Shown: piece after piece, positions 1 through 7,299 of the stretch
Layout of the letters: each line of letters opens with the position of its first letter
Position numbering within the stretch: position 1 is the first letter of the stretch
Virus record (IMG/VR): IMGVR_UViG_3300036832_001188
Location: 1-50,100 of that record
Reading direction: 5' to 3' (one strand)
DNA: 50,100 nt
DNA from: a virus
Taxonomy: Duplodnaviria > Caudoviricetes
Position numbers and translations under genes: made by a program
The notes under the pieces: model-generated
Databases searched by the model: none
Told to the model about the DNA's origin: nothing
Seen by the model: the letters and a program-made list of their open reading frames with translations, nothing else

Positions 1-127
1 CATATGTTTCATGGTGAGCCTCCGAGCTGCCGCTTCGGCAGCTAGTAACCTTCCACTACGACTGTCGCGATGCGACGGCCGCTGCTGTCGAGCAGGCGAA
101 ATTCGGCCCAATCGCTGCCGCCGTCGG
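1..127. repeat. 127-bp terminal direct repeat (copy 1); probable assembly overlap indicating a circular/complete genome
   Basis: Bases 1-127 are identical to 49974-50100; 127 is a common assembler k-mer length. Confidence 0.95.
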
Positions 128-263
128 TGGCGGACGAGCACCAGATTTCCATGGACTCGGCGCAACTGATTTCAGCTTCGTTAAAGCCGGGGCCAAAGGG
201 CCGCTTGGCGGCGGCTTCTGACGCAAGCTTGTCTTTCGGTACTTTTCGAGCTAGATAACTCAT
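42..263 (-). CDS. hypothetical early protein (73 aa)
   Basis: Start MSYLARK chosen for the AAGGA SD upstream of ATG at 263. Confidence 0.6.
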   Translation of the reverse strand: MSYLARKVPKDKLASEAAAKRPFGPGFNEAEISCAESMEIWCSSATDGGSDWAEFRLLDSSGRRIATVVVEGY

Positions 264-389
264 GGTTAGTGTCCTTGGTGGTTGGTGGGTGCTTCCTCGA
301 GCGCAACCTCCGGTGCGCTCTGGGAAACACTCAACTAGTTTCCAGTTACTCGGTCGGCTCAATTCCTTTCGAGATAGCGCGTCTTCGCG

Positions 390-1847
390 CTATTGGTTCT
401 CGACCCACTCCTGCACGTCGCGGACGCGACGATCGATCTGATGCAAAATGCCGTCCGCGGCACCGTTCTGCATCGCGCGGTGCACCACGTCAGCGAGACT
501 CTTCTCCAGCGGCGGAGCCTCGGCCTTGGGGCCGCGGTTGAGCAGGCTGATCTGGTGGGTCATGGACTTGGCGGCCTCCGACAGCGCCTCGGTTCCCAGC
601 TCAGTGACTTGCGTGCCCTGTAACTGGTGCGAGAGTTGGTGGAGCTTAGCGCGCTTGACAACCTCGGCGATGACCGCCGGGATATTGCCAGCGAGCTGCC
701 TGCCTACGGCCGAGAGATCGGTGTCCTTATCGATCGCGCGACCGCCGTAGAGTCGCAGCAGCTTCTCGACGGCTGCCGCGTCCGGCGGCGTGACGTTGAT
801 AACCGCATCCAAGCGGCCCGGCCGCAGCATCGCGTCGTTGATGGCCTCCATATTGTTGGTCGTGAGAACCACGATGATGTTGTTCCGCTTGGACTCGATT
901 CCGTCGACGATGTTGAGGATCTCGTCCATTTCGACTGAGCGATTGCCGCTCATCGATCTGTCGATGTCTTCGCAAAACACTACAGCCGCTGGAGACTGGT
1001 ACTGCTTGGCGAACTCAACGGCCTGACCTAGCTCGTTTGCCCGTTCGGCGTAGATGAATGTGATGCCGTTGTCCACTGCGATCTTGCTGGCGACCACCGC
1101 CGCTAGCGTCTTGCCACAGCCGTACGTTCCACCTAAGAGGATGCCCCGCTTGAGCTGAATGCCGTTGGCGATGCAATCCGTGGCCCTGCGGATAGGAGTG
1201 AAGAGGTTAGTCGTCACGTTGGTCATCAAATCAGCGCTGTAGACGAGCGAGGACTCGCTAATGCCGCTGGTGTCCATGAAGCTGACCTGCGGCATATCGA
1301 GCGGATCGCCGTCGTCGTCAAGGAATCGCAACTTAACGGCCTGTCCCTTGTAGATAGAGTGGTTGAGGATCTCCTGCCTAACCTCATCGTAGAGGCCGCG
1401 GACGTAATCCTCGGACTTGCGTTTGACGTTAGCGCCGAGCGAGAAGACCAGCCGGCCTTTGTTGTTACGCTGGCTGCCAGTTTGGATGAATCCCTCGATG
1501 ACTGGGAGAGTGAAGCGACCCCATGGGACTTGCTGGACGTGACCGGGGCCAGTTTCGACGCTGATCAGCTGGGGCGGAGTTTTGCCGAACATCCCGGGGA
1601 TGCCGACGGCATCGGCCCAGCCGAACCGCTTCTTCAAGACCCGTTGCAGAGCAACGGCACCATCCCACGGGAAAGTGTCGAAAGTGTCGTGGACAATAAC
1701 GTCCTCTTCTTCGAATGCCATCCGGCGGGTTAGCAGCTCGATTGCCTGCTTAATGGACATGGCGGATGGGACCGTGAGGGATTCGCCCGTCCGCAGGACG
1801 TCGGCTACTGCTACCCTCTTAACTGCTTTGTCGAGTGTGTTAGACAT
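390..1847 (-). CDS. AAA+ ATPase, classic clade (FtsH/CDC48/BCS1-like ATPase domain)
   Basis: Walker A GTYGCGKT, Walker B VVFCEDID, sensor LTTNN, second region of homology AMLRPGRLD; start MSNTLD follows the TCGGAGGCTC SD at 1856-1865. Confidence 0.9.
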   Translation of the reverse strand: MSNTLDKAVKRVAVADVLRTGESLTVPSAMSIKQAIELLTRRMAFEEEDVIVHDTFDTFPWDGAVALQRVLKKRFGWADAVGIPGMFGKTPPQLISVETGPGHVQQVPWGRFTLPVIEGFIQTGSQRNNKGRLVFSLGANVKRKSEDYVRGLYDEVRQEILNHSIYKGQAVKLRFLDDDGDPLDMPQVSFMDTSGISESSLVYSADLMTNVTTNLFTPIRRATDCIANGIQLKRGILLGGTYGCGKTLAAVVASKIAVDNGITFIYAERANELGQAVEFAKQYQSPAAVVFCEDIDRSMSGNRSVEMDEILNIVDGIESKRNNIIVVLTTNNMEAINDAMLRPGRLDAVINVTPPDAAAVEKLLRLYGGRAIDKDTDLSAVGRQLAGNIPAVIAEVVKRAKLHQLSHQLQGTQVTELGTEALSEAAKSMTHQISLLNRGPKAEAPPLEKSLADVVHRAMQNGAADGILHQIDRRVRDVQEWVENQ

Positions 1848-1871
1848 TTGACTTAGAGCCTCCGATTGTGT

Positions 1872-1935
1872 CAGCGGCGCACCGCCGCTGGATGTGTGAG
1901 AGCACATCAAAAGTGCCACTGGAGACAGTGGCACT
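1872..1935 (-). promoter_or_regulatory. three abutting stem-loops in the 5' leader of the AAA ATPase
   Basis: Perfect inverted repeats 1872-1879/1883-1890, 1891-1896/1903-1908 and 1912-1920/1927-1935. Confidence 0.6.
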
Positions 1936-1948
1936 GAGTTGTGCTCTG

Positions 1949-2365
1949 TTAGTTGAGCATTCCTCGGCGTTGGGACATGGCGGCGTCGGTCGCTGCTTTA
2001 ACGGCCTCGTCCATTCCGCGGAGACTTTCCGCGCCGTGGTCTTTCTCGAAGAGACCAGATACCATGGTATCGATCTTGTTCCAATCGCCCCTGAGCTTGA
2101 AGTAGAGGTCGAGGAACATCGCGGCCACGATCGCCGGCGGCGGCGTACCTTTCATGGCTTCTTCGTCGCGGGTGAGATGCTCGGAGATCTGAATCCAGGT
2201 GAGCAGTAGCATCCGCTCGACTGCTTTATGGTCGCCCCGCCGGTGGAGTTCGTGGGCCATTTTGGCCACGGCCACTGCGCCGTAGTGCGGGCAGTGTTTG
2301 CCTACCAGTTCTTTTAGATACTCTGCCATCTGTTCGAGATCGTTGTCTTTTGAATCGTTGTCCAT
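1949..2365 (-). CDS. hypothetical protein (138 aa)
   Basis: ORF with TCGGAGGCTC SD at 2368-2377. Confidence 0.8.
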   Translation of the reverse strand: MDNDSKDNDLEQMAEYLKELVGKHCPHYGAVAVAKMAHELHRRGDHKAVERMLLLTWIQISEHLTRDEEAMKGTPPPAIVAAMFLDLYFKLRGDWNKIDTMVSGLFEKDHGAESLRGMDEAVKAATDAAMSQRRGMLN

Positions 2366-2390
2366 TTGAGCCTCCGATTGTTCAATCTGA

Positions 2391-2501
2391 CTATTCGAAG
2401 AATCCGAGTAACATCAGGATACACATATAGACGACCAGAAGGCCGCCGGTGAACCTACTTGGCAGCAGAGCTGCTAGTAGGAATGGTATTAGCCAGTGCA
2501 C
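2391..2501 (-). CDS. small hydrophobic hypothetical protein (36 aa)
   Basis: GTG start after AGAGGAG; MHWLIPFLLAALL...LLGFFE. Confidence 0.45.
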   Translation of the reverse strand: MHWLIPFLLAALLPSRFTGGLLVVYMCILMLLGFFE

Positions 2502-2524
2502 ATCTTTGTTGCTCCTCTGTTTGG

Positions 2525-2677
2525 TTAGTCGTAGGGGTTGTGGCGGCGGATTCGCGCGAACGGTTGTCCGCTGAGGACAGGCCAGCAGTAGTAGCCTCGG
2601 CGGCACCAATCGCAGCCGCACAGCAGGGCCGCTATCCATCTGCGGATGCGGTAGCAGAAAACACTAATAGGCGACAT
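2525..2677 (-). CDS. small Cys/Arg-rich hypothetical protein (50 aa; below the ORF-track cutoff)
   Basis: MSPISVFCYRIRRWIAALLCGCDWCRRGYYCW...NPYD*, preceded by AGGAGGCTC. Confidence 0.6.
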   Translation of the reverse strand: MSPISVFCYRIRRWIAALLCGCDWCRRGYYCWPVLSGQPFARIRRHNPYD

Positions 2678-2821
2678 CGTAGAGCCTCCTGATTGTGGAA
2701 CCTAGCGGTTCGCACGAGGGCCACTACCCGTCCGTGGTTGTGGCCCAGATCGTAGTGAAGCCGGGCCTCCGCGATGGCTGCGTCCCGCAACCGCTCTGCG
2801 GTGAGCATCTCTGCGAATCGC

Positions 2822-3043
2822 CTATGCCGCGCTACTGACATTCGTTGGTGCGTCCCCGGCACGGAGTGCCGGCGGCTTGTCCTCACAGATAACGATATGG
2901 CCGCTGATTGACAATTGGCGCGAAGCACGCTTAGCGGCATTTATCGATTTGAACTGCTGCTGCAGAGCGCCGTTAGCGTGGTAGATGGACTGCTTGACTC
3001 GTACATGCGTTGCATGTGCGCGGTTGTGCTGGTTAGCTTTCAT
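2822..3043 (-). CDS. hypothetical protein (73 aa)
   Basis: ATGA overlap with the upstream ORF; GGAG SD. Confidence 0.55.
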   Translation of the reverse strand: MKANQHNRAHATHVRVKQSIYHANGALQQQFKSINAAKRASRQLSISGHIVICEDKPPALRAGDAPTNVSSAA

Positions 3044-3171
3044 GGTAAGACGCTCCGCGTCCACCAGCCCCGGGCGAGGTAGTGGAGTATGCGAACATGA
3101 TGGCAGAGACCCGCTAACTGGAGCAGGTAGCGGGAATCATATTTCGACGACGATACTAATGGGATCGTCAT
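3040..3171 (-). CDS. small hypothetical protein (43 aa)
   Basis: MTIPLVSSSKYDSRY...SVLP*; CGGAGGCTC SD at 3178-3186; stop overlaps the next start (ATGA). Confidence 0.6.
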   Translation of the reverse strand: MTIPLVSSSKYDSRYLLQLAGLCHHVRILHYLARGWWTRSVLP

Positions 3172-3355
3172 TTGTGGGAGCCTCCGGTTGAGTTGGAATG
3201 TAAGGGCGGCAGGACCAGTAGACTTTGGTCCTGTCGTCGTCGGCCGCTTCCTGGCGGCCGAGCGCGTCTGCGCGACACTCTTGCTGGCTATCGAACATAT
3301 CTTCTATGTAGGTCGTGCCAGCTAGAGTGTAGGTGAGAATCCAGGCGCTTAGCAT
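3137..3355 (-). CDS. hypothetical protein (72 aa)
   Basis: MLSAWILTYT...; start overlaps the stop of the upstream ORF. Confidence 0.55.
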   Translation of the reverse strand: MLSAWILTYTLAGTTYIEDMFDSQQECRADALGRQEAADDDRTKVYWSCRPYIPTQPEAPTNDDPISIVVEI

Positions 3356-3537
3356 AAGCCGACGGCGGCGTAGCAATCTTCGAGCCAATTGCCACGATCG
3401 CTGTCCTCAATGCGATGGGATGGGGTAACGGGCGATTCGACTAGATGGCCTGTGTATAACTCTAGGGAATAGCCGCTATTTGGTTGGATCTTCCGCGCTT
3501 TTCGCTTCCGCGTCTTCGCGGTCTGTTGCGTTGTCAT
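3349..3537 (-). CDS. hypothetical basic protein (62 aa)
   Basis: TCGGAGGCTC SD at 3541-3550. Confidence 0.65.
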   Translation of the reverse strand: MTTQQTAKTRKRKARKIQPNSGYSLELYTGHLVESPVTPSHRIEDSDRGNWLEDCYAAVGLC

Positions 3538-4096
3538 GATGAGCCTCCGATGAAGCGGCCGGGATGGCCGCTGATTTGAATTCTGCGGGACGTGCAGTGA
3601 GATAATCCGCTACTGCATCTTTGCTTTCTGTAGATGATAGTGCTAGAAACTTTTCTAGCTCTTTTTGCTGTATTTCAAGGTCGCGTGCGCGATTCATTGC
3701 TTCTAGAACTTCCAGCGACGGCGCGTCCTCTGGTGAAGGAGTCCAGCCGGGCTGCATAAAATCTGGCGGCTTGCCATCTGGCATCTGATTGGGGTGCAGC
3801 GGGCCTGCGAATTGTGTCCAATTTTCGCGGCGGACTATGCGGCCAATTTGGCCGACGCTCATTCCGTATTCGCGGGCGAGCTGGCCTTGGGTAGCGCCGT
3901 TAGCGTAACTCTCACGGATTGCGGCAACTTGCGAGGCGGACAGCTTAGCTGACTTTAGATGGCCCTTGTGGAATTTGCTACTAACGTACTTGCCGCGCCG
4001 TGAAATGGTCATGGGGTCTGTTACTCCATTAAGCAATTGTTCTGTTGGCGTCATTTCCGCGGGCCTGAGCTTGGGCCTGAGTGGGAAGCGTATCAT
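3476..4096 (-). CDS. helix-turn-helix DNA-binding protein (start uncertain)
   Basis: AKLSASQVAAIRESYANGATQGQLAREYGMSVGQIGRIVRRENW is an HTH of the kind found C-terminally on phage HNH endonucleases. Confidence 0.75.
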   Translation of the reverse strand: MIRFPLRPKLRPAEMTPTEQLLNGVTDPMTISRRGKYVSSKFHKGHLKSAKLSASQVAAIRESYANGATQGQLAREYGMSVGQIGRIVRRENWTQFAGPLHPNQMPDGKPPDFMQPGWTPSPEDAPSLEVLEAMNRARDLEIQQKELEKFLALSSTESKDAVADYLTARPAEFKSAAIPAASSEAHHDNATDREDAEAKSAEDPTK

Positions 4097-4170
4097 GCTT
4101 CATGACATTTGGCAAGCCTAGTGGGTGATTGCTATAAATTGCTGTAGGATTAGGTAGTTGCGTGTAAAAG

Positions 4171-4335
4171 TCATCTTCCTGCTCTTCCTGCTTAATGGCA
4201 CAAGGTATCCGTAAATCTGTGGCGCTAGGTTCTTATGTATTATTTTAAAAAAAAATATTAATAAAAACATAAACTTAAAGAAACCCACGAATCCGCGCGT
4301 TCGCGGATGCCTTGTGCCATTAGGCAGGAGGATGA
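4171..4335. repeat. long imperfect inverted repeat around an A/T-rich core (candidate origin or packaging site)
   Basis: 4187-4211 vs 4304-4328 pair at 23/25 positions; core TATTATTTTAAAAAAAAATATTAATAAAAA in an otherwise GC-rich genome. Confidence 0.75.
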
Positions 4336-4370
4336 TTTAGCTATTTCCATTGTAATTCAACAACTTACGT

Positions 4371-4485
4371 GAATTTCCCCATTAGGTGAGAAGAGGATTA
4401 GATATCGAATTTCCACTATTAGCATCCTCGCTAATTGCGAATTTCCGCTAATAGCAACCTAGCTAATAGCCCCTGGACGCTAATC
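4371..4485 (+). repeat. degenerate ~16-bp-period repeat (GAATTTCCRCTAWTAGC-like)
   Basis: GAATTTCC at 4371, 4407 and 4439; CTAWT at 4416, 4431, 4448, 4463 and 4480. Confidence 0.6.
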
Positions 4486-4495
4486 TCGAGCGCGC

Positions 4496-4524
4496 AAAGG
4501 AACGCGGGGATTATTCATCCCCGC
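4496..4524 (-). terminator. putative intrinsic terminator
   Basis: GCGGGGAT-GAATA-ATCCCCGC followed by GTTCCTTT on the minus strand. Confidence 0.5.
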
Positions 4525-4529
4525 TAACC

Positions 4530-4586
4530 TTATCTGAGCCAAAGAATAGCGCAAACAACGAGCATGATCGCGAATACCAGTCCCAT
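4530..4586 (-). CDS. 18-aa hydrophobic peptide MGLVFAIMLVVCAILWLR
   Basis: Perfect TCGGAGGCTC SD at 4589-4598; flanked by hairpins. Confidence 0.6.
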   Translation of the reverse strand: MGLVFAIMLVVCAILWLR

Positions 4587-4600
4587 GTGAGCCTCCGATT

Positions 4601-4629
4601 AAAAGATCGGAGGGCCGCGAGCGCCCTCC
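4601..4629 (-). terminator. putative intrinsic terminator or processing hairpin
   Basis: GGAGGGC-GCTCGCG-GCCCTCC then GATCTTTT on the minus strand. Confidence 0.5.
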
Positions 4630-4651
4630 TAGTTAACTAGCCGTCTGTCAG

Positions 4652-5218
4652 TTAGGCGGACTTGAGAGTAGGAACATCAGCGGGCATCAGGCCAGCTAAT
4701 TCCTTGTCCAGCGCGCCGAGATCCACGTCCTTGGTTTTCTCTTTCTGCATCTGCTTAACTATCTGGGCGATATCGGGCTTCTGCAAATAGGCAATCCGCG
4801 CCTCCGGGGTCCACTTCTCAACAATCGCGCGGAGCTTATCGATGTCAGCCTTGGGTGACTTGACGTGCAGCGCCGCGACTAGCAGCGCCACATTGGAGCC
4901 GCTGCGACCCTTGCTAGTGTCCCATGTACCCGTTCGCAGAGCAGCGAACCATTCAAGCATGGCCGCCCACTTCTTCTCCATTGAGACATCAGCGCCGAGA
5001 TTAGTCTGCTGCTTCGCCTTTGCCTTGATACCCTCAAGCATGGCCGGGAGCCGCATGCTAGCTGGCATGTCCTTATTAGCATCAAAGCGAATATCCTTAC
5101 CCGGTACAAATGTACCGTCATCGCCCTTTGTGTTGTCCCGCAGCCGTAGCCGCAGGCTGCCTGCTTCAACGTCGATGTCGTCCACTATCGTAAGAGCACG
5201 TTTCTTTTCAGTCGCCAT
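4652..5218 (-). CDS. hypothetical early protein (188 aa), distant paralog of 44354-44965
   Basis: Start MATEKK after TCGGAGGCTA; C-terminal half aligns by eye with the 44354 protein. Confidence 0.8.
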   Translation of the reverse strand: MATEKKRALTIVDDIDVEAGSLRLRLRDNTKGDDGTFVPGKDIRFDANKDMPASMRLPAMLEGIKAKAKQQTNLGADVSMEKKWAAMLEWFAALRTGTWDTSKGRSGSNVALLVAALHVKSPKADIDKLRAIVEKWTPEARIAYLQKPDIAQIVKQMQKEKTKDVDLGALDKELAGLMPADVPTLKSA

Positions 5219-5286
5219 ATAGCCTCCGATTGGTGTCATGATTGGCACCGCTAAAGCCTCTCCGCGAGCGAGAGGCTAGCGCGCTG

Positions 5287-5484
5287 TCAACCAGTTAAGA
5301 GGGTTGCGAGAGTCGCGTCGCCGTCATGCGTCGCGGGCAGGTCTGCGAGCTTCGCGTACGCTGCGCGAGTCTTGTCTGCGAAAATCGCCAGTCCGCAACG
5401 ATCAAGCTGCGCCGCGTAGGCGTTTAACGCGGTCATGATCGTAACTAGCTCGTCGGTCGTAAGAGCAGGGCGATAACTGTACAT
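5287..5484 (-). CDS. hypothetical protein (65 aa), first gene of the leftward early unit
   Basis: Start MYSYRP after CGGAGGCTC at 5487-5495. Confidence 0.7.
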   Translation of the reverse strand: MYSYRPALTTDELVTIMTALNAYAAQLDRCGLAIFADKTRAAYAKLADLPATHDGDATLATLLTG

Positions 5485-5524
5485 GTGAGCCTCCGGTTCC
5501 TGAGGATGAATGTCTGCGCAGGTA

Positions 5525-5552
5525 ATTCTACTCGCCTGCCCACGATTAGCAA
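5525..5552 (-). promoter_or_regulatory. putative sigma70-type early promoter
   Basis: TTGCTA-16 nt-TAGAAT on the minus strand, ~40 nt upstream of the first leftward gene. Confidence 0.5.
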
Positions 5553-5709
5553 GCGCCGTCAAGCAGAACCAGCAAATATATATATGTGAGCTAGTGGCTA
5601 GTAGTGGCACGCTTATTGACTGGCATGCTAGTTGCATGAGCGCCGCTCAAGCGGCGCTGCATACTAGCTGGCGCTTGTCAACTACTATAATGCTAATAGA
5701 ATCAATGAC

Positions 5710-6525
5710 TTGCGAGAGGGGTGGAGGGGAAAATTGCTGCGGTGCATCATCGCGCGCGGTGCAGTCTCGCATAGTCTGGCACCCGGAATAACCTGCGCAC
5801 ACAATTCGCCTAGCAATGCACCAGAAATACCCTCGGCTGGCTATTTACTAGCGCCCGCCGCGGGCGTAAGGTTAGCCCCCAATCACACCGCCGCTAGTAC
5901 AGCGGTAGATACAAGAACACAACCTGTTGCGGCTAAGACGCCGCAAGCTGCTGATTGGGCGGGCAAATCCCTGGACGCCGACGGCCATCCTGTTGATGAA
6001 TCCAAGCCGCTGGCGCGCGGCCTAAACTATTCCCACGAGGCGATGGTCACGATGATCATCTCCTCGCCCGGCATCTCCCAAAACGAGATAGCGGACCGAC
6101 TCGGCTACTCGGCGAGTTGGGTCTCTACTGTTATCGCGACCGATGCCTTTCAGGCGAAGCTAGCGGAGAAGCGCGAGGAGATCGTGGATCCGATCATGCG
6201 CGCCTCCGCCGAGGAGCAGGCCCGCGGCCTCTACTTCCGCTCGATGGAGATCCTCAGGGAGAAGCTTCGGGCTCAGCCCGAACAGATACCCGATCAATTG
6301 GCCCTCCAGACCTTTTCCCTCAGCGCGCGAGCGCTGGGCTACGGCGCTCGAGAGCAGCCGCCGGCGGCCGTCCAAGTCAACGTCGAACAACACCTCAATG
6401 TCCTCGGTGAAAACTTAACCCAGTTGCTTAGACGGAAGTCAGCGCAGCTGCAGGAGACTATAGATGGCGAGGTCGAAAGGATCGGGCCGAGCGACGATAC
6501 CCCACGCGAGCAAGCATCTGGCTAG
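5710..6525 (+). CDS. HTH protein, possible terminase small subunit (true start probably downstream of 5710)
   Basis: PGISQNEIADRLGYSASWVSTVI HTH followed by helical segments; first gene of the late unit. Confidence 0.6.
   Translation: MREGWRGKLLRCIIARGAVSHSLAPGITCAHNSPSNAPEIPSAGYLLAPAAGVRLAPNHTAASTAVDTRTQPVAAKTPQAADWAGKSLDADGHPVDESKPLARGLNYSHEAMVTMIISSPGISQNEIADRLGYSASWVSTVIATDAFQAKLAEKREEIVDPIMRASAEEQARGLYFRSMEILREKLRAQPEQIPDQLALQTFSLSARALGYGAREQPPAAVQVNVEQHLNVLGENLTQLLRRKSAQLQETIDGEVERIGPSDDTPREQASG
5786..5807. promoter_or_regulatory. palindromic operator-like site GAAT-N4-TGCGCA-N4-ATTC
   Basis: Related copies at 5508-5528 and 44107-44121. Confidence 0.5.
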
Positions 6526-6643
6526 CTTCCTCCGCGGCGGACCACGCTACCCCCAGTTCAGTCCCGGGTTCCAAGTGGAGGACCAGAAGGTCCCCACCGC
6601 TAGCGATCCCATCCGCCAACACAAGAAGTTCGCCGGTGGTTAA
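6464..6643 (+). CDS. small basic hypothetical protein (59 aa)
   Basis: AGGAG SD, MARSKGSGRATIPH...KKFAGG*. Confidence 0.55.
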   Translation: MARSKGSGRATIPHASKHLASFLRGGPRYPQFSPGFQVEDQKVPTASDPIRQHKKFAGG

Positions 6644-6693
6644 GCCGGCCGACCGTCTTCGGTCGGGGGCGCAGCTCGGTTAGGGAGATATAG

Positions 6694-7281
6694 ATGAGAA
6701 GCCCGGTCTACTCGAATGCGCTAGCGGCCGCGGGGACCGCGACATGGGGCACCTCCGGTGCCTTTATCCTGCCGGTCAGCTACATCCAACCGACCTTCGG
6801 CGTTGCGCTCGGCGGCATCCTCAGCGAGGACGCCAGCGGTATCACCTACACGTACACGGTCACCTACGATGACTGTAGCTCCGATTCCCTCGTTCCGATC
6901 ACCGCGTCGCAGACCACCACCGCTATCACGGTCACGGACCCCGCGCTACCCCTGAAGGGGGGCGTGGTAGCCGCCGACGTGGTGCGAATCATCGGCCTAA
7001 AGGCCAATGTGGATGGCTGGTACGTCGTAGCAACCACGCCGTCGACCACCACTTATACGGTCACATCGACGGTCTCCCAGACAGTCGCCTCGACGCCCTG
7101 CTACCACCAATATTTCAGGTTGTTCGCCACCCCGGCGGCTATCACCGGCGCTTCGACCCGTATCGCCGCTACCATCTACTATGGAAACGTCGGCCCGGTT
7201 ACAGGCGTTTGTTTGAAGGCGGGCGCGCGCGCCGCCGGCTCCCTCACTGGTGTCGTGGTGCAGGGCGTCGGCTCGGGCTAA
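6694..7281 (+). CDS. putative virion structural protein
   Basis: Thr/Val/Gly-rich, beta-strand composition; GGGAG SD; inserted FCCH-like beta module (DVVRIIG...VDGWYVV). Confidence 0.65.
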   Translation: MRSPVYSNALAAAGTATWGTSGAFILPVSYIQPTFGVALGGILSEDASGITYTYTVTYDDCSSDSLVPITASQTTTAITVTDPALPLKGGVVAADVVRIIGLKANVDGWYVVATTPSTTTYTVTSTVSQTVASTPCYHQYFRLFATPAAITGASTRIAATIYYGNVGPVTGVCLKAGARAAGSLTGVVVQGVGSG

Positions 7282-7299
7282 CTAACAGAGGATAAGCAA

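Noticed and set aside
1-127. Physical terminal repeat of the virion DNA
   Set aside because: The length equals a common assembler k-mer and the repeat cuts through genes; more likely a circular-assembly overlap
1872-1946. tRNA or hammerhead ribozyme
   Set aside because: No closing acceptor stem or T-loop consensus, and no CUGANGA/GAAA core on either strand
2632-2940. 102-aa minus-strand ORF
   Set aside because: Overlaps two better-supported ORFs and has no clear SD; a shorter version from ~2842 is possible but unsupported
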